Shown here: positions 12,328 to 24,849 of the stretch, piece by piece
How the letters are laid out: each line of letters starts with the position of its first letter
Numbering within the stretch: the first letter of the stretch is position 1
Source of the DNA: Catajapyx aquilonaris
Taxonomy: Eukaryota
Length of the DNA stretch: 64,000 nt
Assembly (NCBI GenBank): GCA_000934665.2
Contig: KZ538076.1
Span: 62,001 to 126,000, forward strand
Reading direction: 5' to 3'
Position numbers and translations under genes: made by a program
Notes under the pieces: model-generated
What the model was told of the DNA's origin: nothing
Databases searched by the model: none
Seen by the model: the letters and a program-made list of their open reading frames with translations, nothing else

Positions 12328-14512
12328 GGACATGGGTTAACTCAGTCAGTATGTAAAAGTTGCGCCGTTGGATTTTGCTCAAACTTGGTCAGTTGATAAA
12401 GCTTGACCCCAGGGTCAATTTCTCTGAAGGACGAAGACAATCTACTGGGCCGTTTGGCTGCTAGAGGCGCTCAAAGTTCGATTTTCAATGTTGTCCAATC
12501 TTGGTGAAATTGACACACAATGTAGAGTGTGATGAGCTGAGTCAAATGCACTATGGGACAATTTTCTCTGACAAACCCTTTGGTCGTTATAGTTAGTTGC
12601 AGAGCTGCATAGCTTTACAGCAATATAAGTTGATCTACAATAGCCTCGACGTAAAAGTGTATCGCATCAGGCTACATGAAAAATAATGGTCCTTATTGGG
12701 TACCCTGATAGTCAATGAATACATACACATGAACCATGGAGCCCAACATATTTTACTGCAAGTCACACAGTGCTCAATTATTCAAAAATACATGGCAGGT
12801 CCAGAAAAATTACATAATGACATATAAATGAAATGATGAAAAGATGAGATACTGAAAGGGACTTGCCATTCAGCTTAGTGAAGGTGCTCCTCTGCCACTT
12901 CATCTGGCTCGAATTCCACTCCGACTAGTCCACTTTGCTCGACTTTAATGTCATTGGTTTCCTCAACCTGCGGCACTTCACTGACCACTTCTGGTAGTTC
13001 ACGATTGGCTGCATCTCTCATCACTTGGAGCAATCTGGACGATGGAGTTGGAATCTTCAATTGATGTCTGGCGTGGCCCAGGTACCACAATACGCTGGCT
13101 ACATGTGTGCAGCATCCCAACGTCCTCGCACCAGATTTGCACTGGCAGTACCAGCCGTGGACTAACTCTTTGTCATCATCATCCGGGTCAGAATCCTCTT
13201 GCTCGACATAGGCAATCCACGTTGTACTTGGTGGAATTTCTATATAGAACTGCCTGTGCCATTTTCAATGCTTATTGTCCCTCGTCTATTCAAGTGACTG
13301 GTGCCAATGAAGAATTAGGCCACAGGATGCTTGAGATTGCACAATCTCCTAATGTTGTCCAGCAGAGAGTTTTGACAAAGGGATGGACCTCAAAGACACG
13401 AGAATGGAAGATGATGGAGGATGATGGAGGAAGATGAGAGTTGGAGGTTCCCTGTTTTAACGGAAGAGTATCTGCATGATTTCACAATAGGAATTTACCA
13501 ATTGAAGCTAGTCAAGTCATATGTTCATGACAAAATGCACTATGAGATACAAATTCTTAAGGAGCCAGGACTTCTCAAAGCAAGAATATATTCTCGCTAT
13601 AGAAATTCCACCAAGTACAACTTGTGGATTGCCTATGTCGAGCAAGAGGATTCTGACCTGGAAGACGATGACAAGTTAGTCCACGGCTGGTACTGCCAGT
13701 GCAAATCTGGTGTTGCGATGCTGCGCACATGTAGCCAGCGTATTGTGGTACCTGGGCCACGCCAGACATCAATTGAAGATTCCAACTCCATCGTCCAGAT
13801 TGCTCCAAGTGATGAGAGATGCAGCCAATCGTGAACTACCAGAAGTGGTCATTGAAGTGCCGCAGGTTGAGGAAACCAATGACATTGAAGTCGAGCAAAG
13901 TGGACTAGTCGGAGTGGAATTCGAGCCAGATGAAGTGGCAGAGGAGCATCTTTACTAAGCTGAATGGCAAAGCCCCTTTCAGTATCTCATCTTTTCATCA
14001 TTTCATTTTTATTTCATGTAATTTTTCTGGACCTGCCATGTATTTTTGAATAATTGAACACTGTGATTGCAGTAAAATATGTTGGGCTCCATGGTTCATG
14101 TGTATGTATTCATTGACTATCAGGGTACCCAATAAGGACCATTATTTTTCATGTAGCCTGATGCGATACACTTTTACGTCGAGGCTATTGTAGATCAATT
14201 TATATTGCTGTAAACCTATACACTGTAGTACAGCTCTGCAACTATTGTAACTATTAACGACCAAATGGTTTGTCAGAGAAAATTGTCCCATAGCGCATTT
14301 GACTCAGCTCATTGAACTCTACAATGTGTGTCAATTTCACCAAGATTGGACAACATTGAAAATCGAACTTGGAGAGCATCTAGTGGCTAAACGGCCCAGT
14401 AGATTCTCTTCGTCCTCTCGAGAAATTGACCCTAGGGTCAAGCTTTATCAACTGACCAAGTTTGAGCAAAATCCAATGGCGTAACTTTTACATAAGGAGT
14501 TAATCCATGTCC
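12328..14512. mobile_element. 2.2-kb foldback DNA transposon derivative with ~915-bp inverted arms and no TSD
   Basis: AAA|GGACATGG...CCATGTCC|TTT. Arms 12328-13244 and 13598-14512 are near-identical reverse complements around a 353-bp unique spacer. Confidence 0.9.
13245..13958 (+). pseudogene. Frameshifted C-terminal remnant of a SWIM-zinc-finger protein, probably the element's transposase
   Basis: Joined frames read RTACAIFNAY...FPVLTEEYLHDFTIGIYQLKL...SRYRNSTKYNLWIAY...HGWYCQCKSG(ARTLG)CCxHVASVLWYLG, giving a CxC...CxH SWIM pattern. It is disrupted by a short duplication near 13420 and an ~8-nt deletion near 13710; the deleted bases survive in the left arm. Confidence 0.7.
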
Positions 14513-14693
14513 TTTGGTACAGCAGTAATCCAAGGTGCCTCCTTTGAGTACTAGAGGGTGTCAAAGGCAGGGGTGAAGTGGTTAAGTACAGGCAACTTTC
14601 ACACCTTGTTTTGCACCCTGCCGCTGTCCATGTCTCTTATCACCTGATTGTTTTCCAGACTTGGCCACATACCTCCCAATCAAAATTGTCTTA

Positions 14694-14978
14694 AACCCAG
14701 TCCACATGAGCAAGTTTTCTTGTACACGATTCCTCCGGAGTTTCCCTCCCTTCCTCCCAACTCCCAACCCCAGACCAAGTGGGACGCAATTGAACGATTG
14801 GTGGTCACATGATGATTCACTCGTACAATTCCATGAGAAAAGTCGGACAAGTTTAACTTTTCTCGTGGACTCAGGCCAATCGTGTCCCATTTGGTCTGGG
14901 TGTTGGGAGTTGGGAGGAAGGGGTGGGGAAACTTGGGAGGCCTCGTGCATGAGAAAACTCGCTCATGTGGACTGGGCT
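14694..14978. mobile_element. Harbinger-like foldback MITE, possibly nested in a degenerate TA-flanked element (about 14554-15023)
   Basis: TTA|AACCCAGTCCACATGAGC...GCTCATGTGGACTGGGCT|TTA, with long imperfect inverted arms. Confidence 0.7.
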
Positions 14979-15439
14979 TTAGGCTCACCACCAAGTTTGG
15001 CAGGAAAATTCATGAGCACCCTGTACAGTGTACATAAGTGTCATCAGGTAATTGTTACATCTCAGATGTTTTAAATTAATTGATTCTAAGGCATTCATAT
15101 TTTTGGGGGAGTCTGTGTTTTTGGCAGTGATGCATAGTAAATATTTTGTCCCAATTTGTTCACCACTGTTAACATTCTCTTACGTGGATAAGGATATGAG
15201 TTAAAATAAAATATGCCTTTCATGCAGTGGGTTCTCAAATATACAAAGTTTAATTTCCTAAAATTGTGCATCTTGAACCTTTATCATCATAATGATAATT
15301 ATGGAACTTTTTGGCCAATGGTATACTCTAATGGTGGTGCAGCTTTGACACCACATGTAGCTCATCTTCAACTCGTCCTGTGTGCTCAATGTCAGCAACA
15401 AAGCTATTACAGTAAAACCTCTCGAGAGTGGACCCTGTA

Positions 15440-16051
15440 CTATCGGGTTCAAATACTTTTGGCCGCTTTATCCTAGTCTTGAAGCAACCCTTCACACACA
15501 CCTCCTTAAAGGGAGACTCCACTCAAAATGCAAGTTTGGGCTCTAAAAATCGGGCAAAAAATCCTGATTCCGAAGGTGCAATCGGTTTTTTTCTACGTGG
15601 AACAGAAAAGCCAGGACGAGGGGTTAAAGACTCAGAATTTGCGTCGTCTGCTAATGAGCTGCCCCGCCAGCCCAGTCCGCCACCACCATGAGCGCCGCCA
15701 CCGGGCACTAGGCGAAAGTGATTTAGTGCTGAAAGTCGGGTCGGGTCAAGAGGTGGCGGGATGAACCTGTGGGACGGACCAAAGATGGCGCAAGAATATC
15801 CCAATTTCTGCCAATCCCGGGGGAAGCGCTGCTGTTTTGCGGCAGATTCGAATTGCCTAACTTTGACGGCTCGCCCTGGCCTTACCGTTCGTCTCTCAGA
15901 AAAACTGCTTATACACTCGGAATCAGGATTTTTTGCCCGATTTTTAGAGCCCAACTTGCATTTTGAGTGGAGTGTCCCTTTAACGTGGGGTCTGCGCGAA
16001 GGGTTGCTTCAAGACCAGGATAAAGTGGCCAAAAGTATTTGAACCCGATAG
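15440..16051. mobile_element. TA-flanked palindromic MITE hosting a nested insertion
   Basis: TA|CTATCGGGTTCAAATACTTTTGGCC...GGCCAAAAGTATTTGAACCCGATAG|TA, with arms of about 60 bp. Confidence 0.8.
15510..15979. mobile_element. Kolobok-like MITE (TTAA TSD, AGG...CCT termini), copy 1
   Basis: TTAA|AGGGAGACTCCACTCAAAATGCAAG...CTTGCATTTTGAGTGGAGTGTCCCT|TTAA. The same family occurs at 31108-31609. Confidence 0.85.
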
Positions 16052-16058
16052 TACATAT

Positions 16059-16315
16059 GAAGAGCGGCAAAGCAAAACCCGCAAGATCCAATGTTGGCGG
16101 GAAACGATTTAGGCATGGCATATTGTCCGTCACATAGGCTGTGATCCGGTGTTAAAAGCTGGTCGGGCAAAATGTGTTAGTTCCATAGTATATGAGCCCA
16201 AAAACGGTCGATTCCAGCAAATACCGCAAGATCCAGCAGCATAGTGCAAGCAAAACCAGCAAGATCTACAGAAAAGTTTGCGATGGATCTTGCGGGTTTT
16301 GCTTTGCCGCTCCTC
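16059..16315. mobile_element. Sola-like MITE (4-bp ATAT TSD, GAG-type termini)
   Basis: ATAT|GAAGAGCGGCAAAGCAAAACCCGCAAGATCC...GGATCTTGCGGGTTTTGCTTTGCCGCTCCTC|ATAT, with internal CAAGATC repeats. Confidence 0.7.
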
Positions 16316-18118
16316 ATATGAGAAACTTGCCTACTGTGGAAAAGTTGTGTGGGGTCCCAGTAATGAATGTGTCACTGGATGTGGCCAACAAGCATAACTT
16401 CACTACTATTCAAATCACCTTGTTCATACAGTACAGTGGTGGAAAAAACTGCTTTGTACCCCAGTCAGCAGTGCCAAGCGGCCAGGCAAGTGGGTGGACG
16501 TGAAAGCTTGTATGAATAAACTTGCACTTGCACATGCTTCCATCCACACCCACATGTGTGATGCTTGCCGGGGTATACCACGCAGTTTTTGCCACTAGTG
16601 CACCTGAATCCTCGACCACATCCTGACCCTGTATACCAATTCCGTTCTGCCTCTTCCTCCTATGTGCTTGTCTTCCCTGATGGTCTTCCCCAAAGTAAAT
16701 GGACCTTGAAATGTTGGTGGAGCAAAATGAAGGCCAAAGTTTTTTTTTCGGCATGTAATGGGCTCATTTTAATCATCGAGGGCCATAAAGATCCAAATAA
16801 CATTAACACTTCCTTTTTTAGCAGTTTGACAATATGCTCAATCTTCCAAAATAAAAGCACAGTCCTTTTTGAAAGGAAGTGTGAGAAGATGTGGAACACC
16901 TTAGTTCACTGGTTTCTCAAGTCCTGACTGCCAACTGCAAAAATATTTCACATAAAAATCTTGAAATAGGGCTAACTTCAAGTTTCCACTTCTTCTCACA
17001 AAAGTCATACATAAAGTTATATCATACATCACACTTTCGGAGAGCCACTTTGTACTGAAACAATTTCCATTCATGAAATCCCTTCTAAGAGGAAGCCAGG
17101 GTGCAACTGAGAGAAGTGCCGTCACAAAAAGAATGGTAAAGATGAGTCTCGTTCAAAGCTGCACTTAGGTTAAGACTGTTGGCCTGCCACTTCACAAATT
17201 AAAAACTTAGGAAATCAAGTGAAAACATGAAACGGGTCAGGGCCATTAGTTCCAAATACTCACGCTACTGCTTTTACACACCTCTCCCCTTGACCAGCAC
17301 TCTCCAAGTCACAAAGTGTCTGGCTGCCCTCAAGTCTGCTAAGAACCCAACAATCACCGACATTGCAAAACAATAATTACTGCTTATCCTAGACAGAAAA
17401 CTTTTTTACAACACTAATTACTCTTTACAAAAGTGAAAACTAAGTCGAAACTTTGCATGGCAACATGTTCAGATACTGCAGTAATGCAGAGGTGCACTAC
17501 TCTTTTAAAAAAATGGGTTAAGCGTTCCACTTTCGGCTATCCCACCTGACGAATGGCTCATCAGACTTCAGCTCGAAAGCAGCGTAACTCTTTCCTCTGA
17601 CTTTTGCTCCCCCCCTCTCCCCCCCCTCCCTCCTTAGTGACAATGGCAACTGCAATTTCCATATATTTCAACATTTGGAATCACGCCTCTTCAGTTGGGA
17701 ACATAAAAATGGATGCAGTCTTTTCTGTCAGCCTACCACCTGCAGGCATCTAAGGTGCATTAGTTTCCTCTCGATGCAGTAGTGGTCTGTTGTAAAATGC
17801 CACCGTGTCGAAAAGATAGGAAGAAGCAACAACCTTTTTGGACACTAGCAATTTCACCACAGAACAGAACTGCTTCAGTGGGGTCCACTCTCCATAGAAC
17901 ACTTTCGATCCAAATTATTTCAATATTACAGCACCCTGCTGCTGTTTTCATGAAACCCTTTGAATAATATTAAGTGATAGCCTCCTGCACAGACAACTTT
18001 TGTGTTGTCAAAATAAATCTAAGGGGGACATGTGCTTCAAAATCAAATAAAAAATCATCATCAGTATGCACAACTTAATATTATCACTTGTGATTCTGGA
18101 AATGTTAGCCAAGAGGTA

Positions 18119-18217
18119 TCAGTTCAGGTCTCGATCTTCTAAGTAACGGTACTCAAAGGTAAAGCCATCCTTCTTCCTCTGGCCCCATTTCTCGAAATCA
18201 AAGAAAATGTATGTCCC
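18119..18217 (-). CDS. CNOT3: CNOT3/Not3 coding exon 13 (last), end of the NOT box
   Basis: [32 protein letters not shown]; tttgcAG acceptor; canonical NOT2/3/5-domain C-terminus. Confidence 0.97.
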   Translation of the reverse strand, partial: GTYIFFDFEKWGQRKKDGFTFEYRYLEDRDLN

Positions 18218-18283
18218 CTGCAAAGGCAACATGGGTGCATTTAGAATCAACTCGACTTTACTCATCAGCAATGATCCACCTAC

Positions 18284-18493
18284 CTGCTCAAAATCCTCAT
18301 TTATGATCTTGGGTTCTTCATGCCTTTGGAACCACATCATGTATTTAGTATGAAACCTCCAACTCTGCTTCTTTAAGGCTCTTGCAGCCAGATACTGAGC
18401 TTTTGTTCCTTCCATGTAATAAAAAATAAAAAATAGTGTTTCCGTCGATAATCTCTGGAAGAATTCCACCGTGTCTGAGTGAGGTGGAGGTAC
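18284..18493 (-). CDS. CNOT3: CNOT3 coding exon 12, NOT box
   Basis: [70 protein letters not shown]; tttcAG acceptor and GTaggt donor. Confidence 0.97.
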
Positions 18494-21400
18494 CTGAAAT
18501 GGTTCATTCACAGGTATTAGTACAAGTACCACTGCAGGTCTTTATCTGTCACGACTTAAATAACAAATATGGCATGTGTTACTTTATAACTAGTCTTACA
18601 AAGATTCTCAAAACCTACTAGTGCAATATTTTATGTAGAGCTACTTATAACTAGGAGTTTCTTGCATTTGCTGCAAAAACAAATCACATTCTATCGTAAA
18701 TAAAAGGACTTTGCAAAGTAACTTCCAACGAGGCTACGACAGCAGCTTTCACAACAGTAGCTTTCACAACAGTGTGGGGTATGATTCGCAAATTGTGAAG
18801 TTACTGACACTGCAATTTACATATTTCCAAATGGTAATTTGCTAGTTTGTCCCTTCCTTTTATTCACGAAGGTAAATATACCCCAGTAATTGTAAAATCA
18901 GTTCTATCGAAAATGTCCAACAGAAGGACTTGCTTAGAAACTAGCCTTGACATCGCCTGAAAATAAGCATTACGAAAATGTTTGGCGAATGTGACAGGGT
19001 TCACCAACTTGCTCCTCTCTCTCTCTCGCTCTCTCAGGTGGCTCATGAAAACACAATCAGATTAAAAATTAACATGTTTGAGTTCATTTTGTTGTTTTGT
19101 GTCTCCTTATTCCACCTGGAACCTGCATCTGAAACAAGCTTTGCTTTAATATCAGTATTTTGTGTGAAACACAACACTAATTCCATAATTTAAATGTTCT
19201 CTTTTCTTGACCTTGCACTGGCATCATCAGAAGTGACTATGCTGAGGGGAGATGCTGCTCAAAACTTGATGTCCTGAAGATAAATTGTAATTCACACATA
19301 AAAACAGACTGATAAAACAAGAGCTCCTGAAGGATGGTGCTGAACTTGTGGCCCCAATGGCTTCACAGCTTGGGTTCAAATTTGTATTCCAGTATCCATG
19401 TCTATCCAAGGTATTCAAGCACTTACCCATGAAATCCTGGCTACTCCATTCGTCGATGCCAATTGACAGATGCCATACGTTGCCGTAACTTCATATTAAG
19501 CTGGGCACAGTGTACCACGGACAAAACTGTGGGCTTTCAGAGTGAAACTAGTGCCAACACTCAGCTATCTGATGTCTAAAACAGTGATACAATGCACACA
19601 CCCTTTCATCATGCTTTAAGCAAAGTACAAAGTGACAACATAAGTAATGTACATAGGGATGGAAGCAGGAAAAATTAACACCACTGAAGAAACCAACATA
19701 GGAGGATTTTCATGCATGGTGATTACAGTGACAAGTAACAGGGGAACAGAATGCTTCAACATGGAATATTGGCACCATCACTTGATTTCTTGCGCCAAAA
19801 TACTAATGTAATGTAATTACTAGAACAAAATGAGGGCTGGCACGGATTCCCCCCACCCCCCCCCCCCACCCCATGGAAACGAGGTAGCAAAGAAATGTGC
19901 CTGGTAAGAAATTGAGTGTCAACTGATAGTAATCACAGCAGAGAATGGATCTCTGTTTTTAATTTTGAACTCAATTCTTGGAGCTCATGGTACTGATTGC
20001 AACCTTATGAAGAAACTCAAAATCACATGATATACAGCCAGTATAACAATTTCTGAATTACCTATAACAGCAGCAACATAGAAAGTCAACAGCAGTCTAA
20101 CTTGGGACATGCCCTCTCAAGCAGCGAATTGGAATGAGTGCCAAATAAAGTGAAATTGTACACCTATCAATTGCAGAATACAGTAGCTACTTTGAATTTA
20201 CAAATGTCAATAAAAATCCATCAATTAATTACCATTGGTAGAAGTAAGAACAGACAATGTTAGTTCTTCTGGCACGATGAATGTATTTTTTCTTAGGGAC
20301 AGTTCCTAAAGAGGCAACCTTTTTTTAGGGGGGCTGGAGTAAATAGCTCTGGCCATCACAAGACATTGGAAAATCAACATGACAGAAGAAATTACACGAA
20401 CTTGGCCCTCCTTCCACCCGCCTTGCTCTGGGAAACTCAGTAGTACTGCCATGCATTGCAGGTCAAAAAATATATTTGAACTTCTGGGCAGTTCCGAGTT
20501 CCAGTTTCAAATTCAGACAATGCTATGTTGATTTTGTGATGTTATCTAATTTTCACTAAGCTTGCCCTTCAAGAAGGGTTGAAGCGAGAGGGCATTCACA
20601 CACAATCGGGTTATACTGCTGCAGACTATAACAACAAAAAAACATAACAATTATATAAAATAACAGCAACTATACCACTACTGATGATGNGGGAATTGTC
20701 CAGGTGTGGTGTATGAAAAATGAGCTTTCTGTTAAATTTTGGCACCTTCAGGAATACCAACTTGATGCAGGAGGGTCTGTGAACATTAAAACTGACACGG
20801 ATAAACACTTAAATAATTCTACTTGGGCAGACTTAAAAGTTGTCACCCAGTGTACCAGATACCAATTTGGAAATCATGTTGATTCCTTATGATGAAATGA
20901 AAAAGTCTGATTTTCTTGAAACCAGTTTCAGTCTGCAGATGATATCACACGAGAAAAAAAAGTCCTGTGACCATCTTCACCAGTCTTGTTTTGAAAGTTA
21001 TAAATAATTGAAAATTTGGAACTCTGGGTATGTGACAACAAAACTACCTTACCCTAATCTACCTAGCATTCCCAGTGTGAAAGTTGGGCCAGCCAAAGTG
21101 TACTTAGTTTGAGTCTTCATTAGTTTCGTTTAAAACCCACTCTTCTAGAACCTGGTAGTGGTGAAAATTCAATTCCGTCTCGATTTGTCTTGATAATTTT
21201 TTACAGGCAAGGGCTTACGAAGCCCAGGAGTATTTCAAAATACTCGTGGGCAGCTGCATGTTGCACACTGGGCATACCCTGGTGATGCCAGATCTGTGAC
21301 TGACATTACCATACATAGTGATTTGTTCCGGAAGTTTGTCTTCCAAGATGACTTCAGAGGAGATGCAATTGTTAATACAGCCCTGCTGCAGCAAAAAGAC

Positions 21401-23061
21401 AGGCTCCCCTACTCTTAAGTTTGGTTTGGTCAACTCCTTGGCTTACAGTTAGTGCATTTCACTAATGGAGGTCTCATGGTTTTATGCACTGCACTAAAAT
21501 GTTGCTGCTGGCTCTGAATAGTGCCCTATGGATTTAAAATTTTTGACAGGGTAACAATAACTGAAGTGCTGAGCTTTTCTACTGAGATATGAGCAATGGA
21601 TCAAAATGCATATTACAGGACGTTCTTGGTCTACGAACGGGGATACGTTGCTAAGAATGTCTGCAATTTGGATTTGTACATAGCTCAGATCCCTTATGAA
21701 CAGCACAAGTACAGTAATAATAGCTGCTAGAATAAATGTGGTGCGCCAACAAACCTTTTACGTCATGCAGGTTTGTATACATGCTTGGAAGAAAATCGTT
21801 CCCGAATTAATTAATTATACCCTTAAAATGCAAAATTTTTTGTCAAGGTCTCTCCTTCAATTCATTTTATATAAAAACTTATATTTCAACTCTTTCAACT
21901 TATGGCCGTCCCTGCAGGGCGGCCGCTATTAGGGTTTTCTGCCTAGTGGCAAATCCGCCNNNAAAACCCCCCCCCCCCCCCCCCCCGGACTAAATTTTTG
22001 AAATTTTTTATTGGGTTATTTCGCCTGTATTTTCTATAATTTTAGCCTATTTGAAAAATATTTATTGCAACATGCGGCCGCCCCTAGGCAATTGCCTATT
22101 CTGCCAATGGCAATCCGGTACTGCTTCCAGTCGCGTAGTTATTTATTATTAATTTTTCGTTTACTTATTTTCGTATGCCTAAATTTGCCGCCCCTTGAAA
22201 TCTGCCGCCCTGGGCAACTGCGTAGGTTGCCTTGCCGTAAATCCAGCGCTGACTACCGGGCATACCTTTCCGAAGGTTATGCTCTTATGATGCTGAAATA
22301 TGCTTATGATGCTGAAAAGCCATCCGTGACGTAGTGCCAAGATGCCACACGCAAATCTTTGGTGGCATCGCAATCTGACAATTTATTGAATAACCATCAC
22401 GCTCCTGTACGCCACTTTATGTGCATTTATTTTTCTATTTTTTTTGCATATAGCGATGGGTGCAGAACTCGGTGTTGGTTATATGGTACAAAAGGTTGAA
22501 AAATGAGAATATGATAGCACAACCTTGCACCCCATTGAGTTATAATAAGAGATCAGCTTTCGTGGATGATAATTTCGCGTAATTTCTACCAAAATTAATG
22601 TGGCCCAGGCAGGAAAATTTATTTGACTGATTTGGCATGACATACTCTCTCCGACACTATCATGAACGTTCATAAATAAGTAAGAAAGCAGTTCTTATTC
22701 CAAAACTTTCGTAAGGGTGGGGACGGGGCGGGAAACGATGGCAATAGCCGTATTCAACGATACCATCTAACTGAAAAGTTTAAGCTAAATTGCTTAGCCG
22801 AGTGCAATAGCAGCTTCTTAGTAGTCTTCCCTAGAATGCAAGGCGATTGTGGTTTCCGATAACTGTTGCGAAGGTAACAGCACTGAGTTGCCTGTAATCC
22901 GTGATTCCGTAATAAATTTCATCTGGAAGGCTAATTATTCTCGAAACATGTTGGCATAGCGTTATGGAATAGCAGTTATTGGTCGCGGTATTGGTCGCAG
23001 TTACTAATAGCTCTACGAGACCTCCCTCAAATAGCAAATAACACACAATTGCCCACTACTA

Positions 23062-23347
23062 CTAAATTCACGGAGGAAGACCGGATAGGCCCTGCCCACT
23101 GAAAAATCACGCTTGGAAATACGTTCGACATTTTTGTAGTATTAGGGACAGCTTATGAAGAAATACCATTGGAGTAGAGGTTCACCGCGTTTCCCGGCTT
23201 GGCACACTCCTGCTGAGTTGCCCACTGGGGTAGGAAAGGTAAAGGGACCCCTGCCATAAACCATCGCTCCTTCCACATTTGGCAGCAGTGCTGGCCATGA
23301 GGAGTGGTAGGGGGTGGAGCCTATCCGGTCTTCCTCCGTGAATTTAG
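23062..23347. mobile_element. TA-flanked MITE
   Basis: TA|CTAAATTCACGGAGGAAGACCGGATAGGC...GCCTATCCGGTCTTCCTCCGTGAATTTAG|TA. Confidence 0.75.
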
Positions 23348-24678
23348 TACTAGCGCCAACTGGCGGAATAGTTTGCGGCTGGCCAGCCCCATTGATCACT
23401 CACGTCGTGCTCTAACCTCCAAACAATGCTTTTTACATTCAATTGTGGAATTCATGGTAGCAAATCCTCTCAGAAGACAATTAAAGATAAATGAAATTAT
23501 TTTTGAACGCCACCACTCCAGGCATGGGCCTCTATCCTTCCCTTCTGACCTCCCAGCCTGGTACCTCGCTATTCTCGATTTTAAAACTGAACTCTAGTGC
23601 AAAGCACACTTCCTTATGGGTGTATAGGTACAGGCACGTAAAGAAAAGTCACAGCCCATTCAGCTAAAAAAAACTTTTTCTGGATGCCCATTTAAATGGG
23701 CATTTGGTCTCAGGAAGAAAAGATAATTCCCAGTTCTCTACAGCAACAAAGTTTGTCACAGACACATCTTTTCGTATTTCCTAATGCACATTCCTTGTGA
23801 ATCTCAGGACATTCGCTGCATTGATGAAAATCGCACTCTAAATATGAGGAAAAAATAAAACTTATCAGATGAGCGCCTAGCTTCAGCAGTGGCATCCGCC
23901 ATTTTATCCGCGATTTAATTTTCGCGGCCCAAGTCAGATATTCGACACTAGGTGGCTACACCTATTGAGGCCCGATTGTAATCATTGGATACCAACAGAT
24001 TACAGTTCTGTGGGCATCACTAGTTGGTGCCAAAAAAAACTTTTCCAGATGTCTAATATATTGGACGCCGGGTCTCAGGAGGATATAGTAATTATGTTGA
24101 ACTTTGTGTTGGTCAACAAATGCAGAAAAGTGTAGGGATAATTATAATGATCCTTATGGGGAGCCTTGGGGCCCCGTTTCTAAGTACAGAATGCCGTAAG
24201 TAGGTTATTCGTAAACCAGAGAAGTTCCTGTACCGGAGTAGGGCTGCGAGTAAATTAGGCCAGTCCCCAACGTATATAAATTCATTGTTCTGCAGCATTA
24301 CATACAAGTAAAATTTTACACAACCAGAAACATAAATAAATAATTTAAATTATATTCATTATACAAAGTGTACTTCACACTGTGCAGTCAATACTGGAGC
24401 CACTGTCCTATCCAATTGAGGCCATTGCGAGGGAATGGATTCACTGTGATGCCCAGAAGCTGGTCACAATGTCATTGAAGAAATTAGTCTAGGCAGGAAG
24501 ATTCAAGTTGCCACACGCCACAATTTAACACATTTTCTTGCTTCATCTACATTTTACATTACTTCTTTGGTTGTTTTTTTTTTTTGCGTGTGTTAAAAGA
24601 TAAGTTCATTCCAGATATTTGGCATGTCCAGCAAGAAGCAATCACTGCATTCAATCTCACTAGTTGCAATTTACAAAA

Positions 24679-24731
24679 TCAGTATTTTCTAAAGCAAGAC
24701 CAGGAGTTCCCACGGTAATTAGGTGAAGCAT
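24679..24731 (-). CDS. Candidate terminal coding exon after the repeat exon: (H)ASPNYRGNSWSCFRKY*
   Basis: Strong acceptor with branch point (ctgac tttcttttacAG). Its phase 1 matches the GTAAGT donor at 24849, across a 118-nt intron. Confidence 0.5.
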
Positions 24732-24849
24732 CTGTAAAAGAAAGTCAGTGCCACAGGATCACAGGAGGACTTCCCATACCTACACAATGTGGTCAAAACA
24801 ACCAGCCCCATAAGACAATGTAAAATAAACAAGATACGCTCACACTTAC

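Noticed and set aside
15428..16042. Repeated ORFs containing SKNRAKNPDSE / ESGFFARFLEP (also at 31058-31671)
   Set aside because: They are translations of MITE terminal inverted repeats.
21050..21700. Possible minus-strand exons (CPVC-containing frame, several GTAAG donors)
   Set aside because: I could not join them into a phase-consistent model without stops.
21912..22250. hAT-like CAG...CTG element with GCCGCCCC repeats
   Set aside because: The TIR match is poor, there is no TSD, and it contains undetermined bases. It is probably a repeat, but the boundaries are unsupported.
23660..24095. Two diverged ~60-bp direct repeats
   Set aside because: They are probably old repeat fragments, with no definable ends or coding potential.
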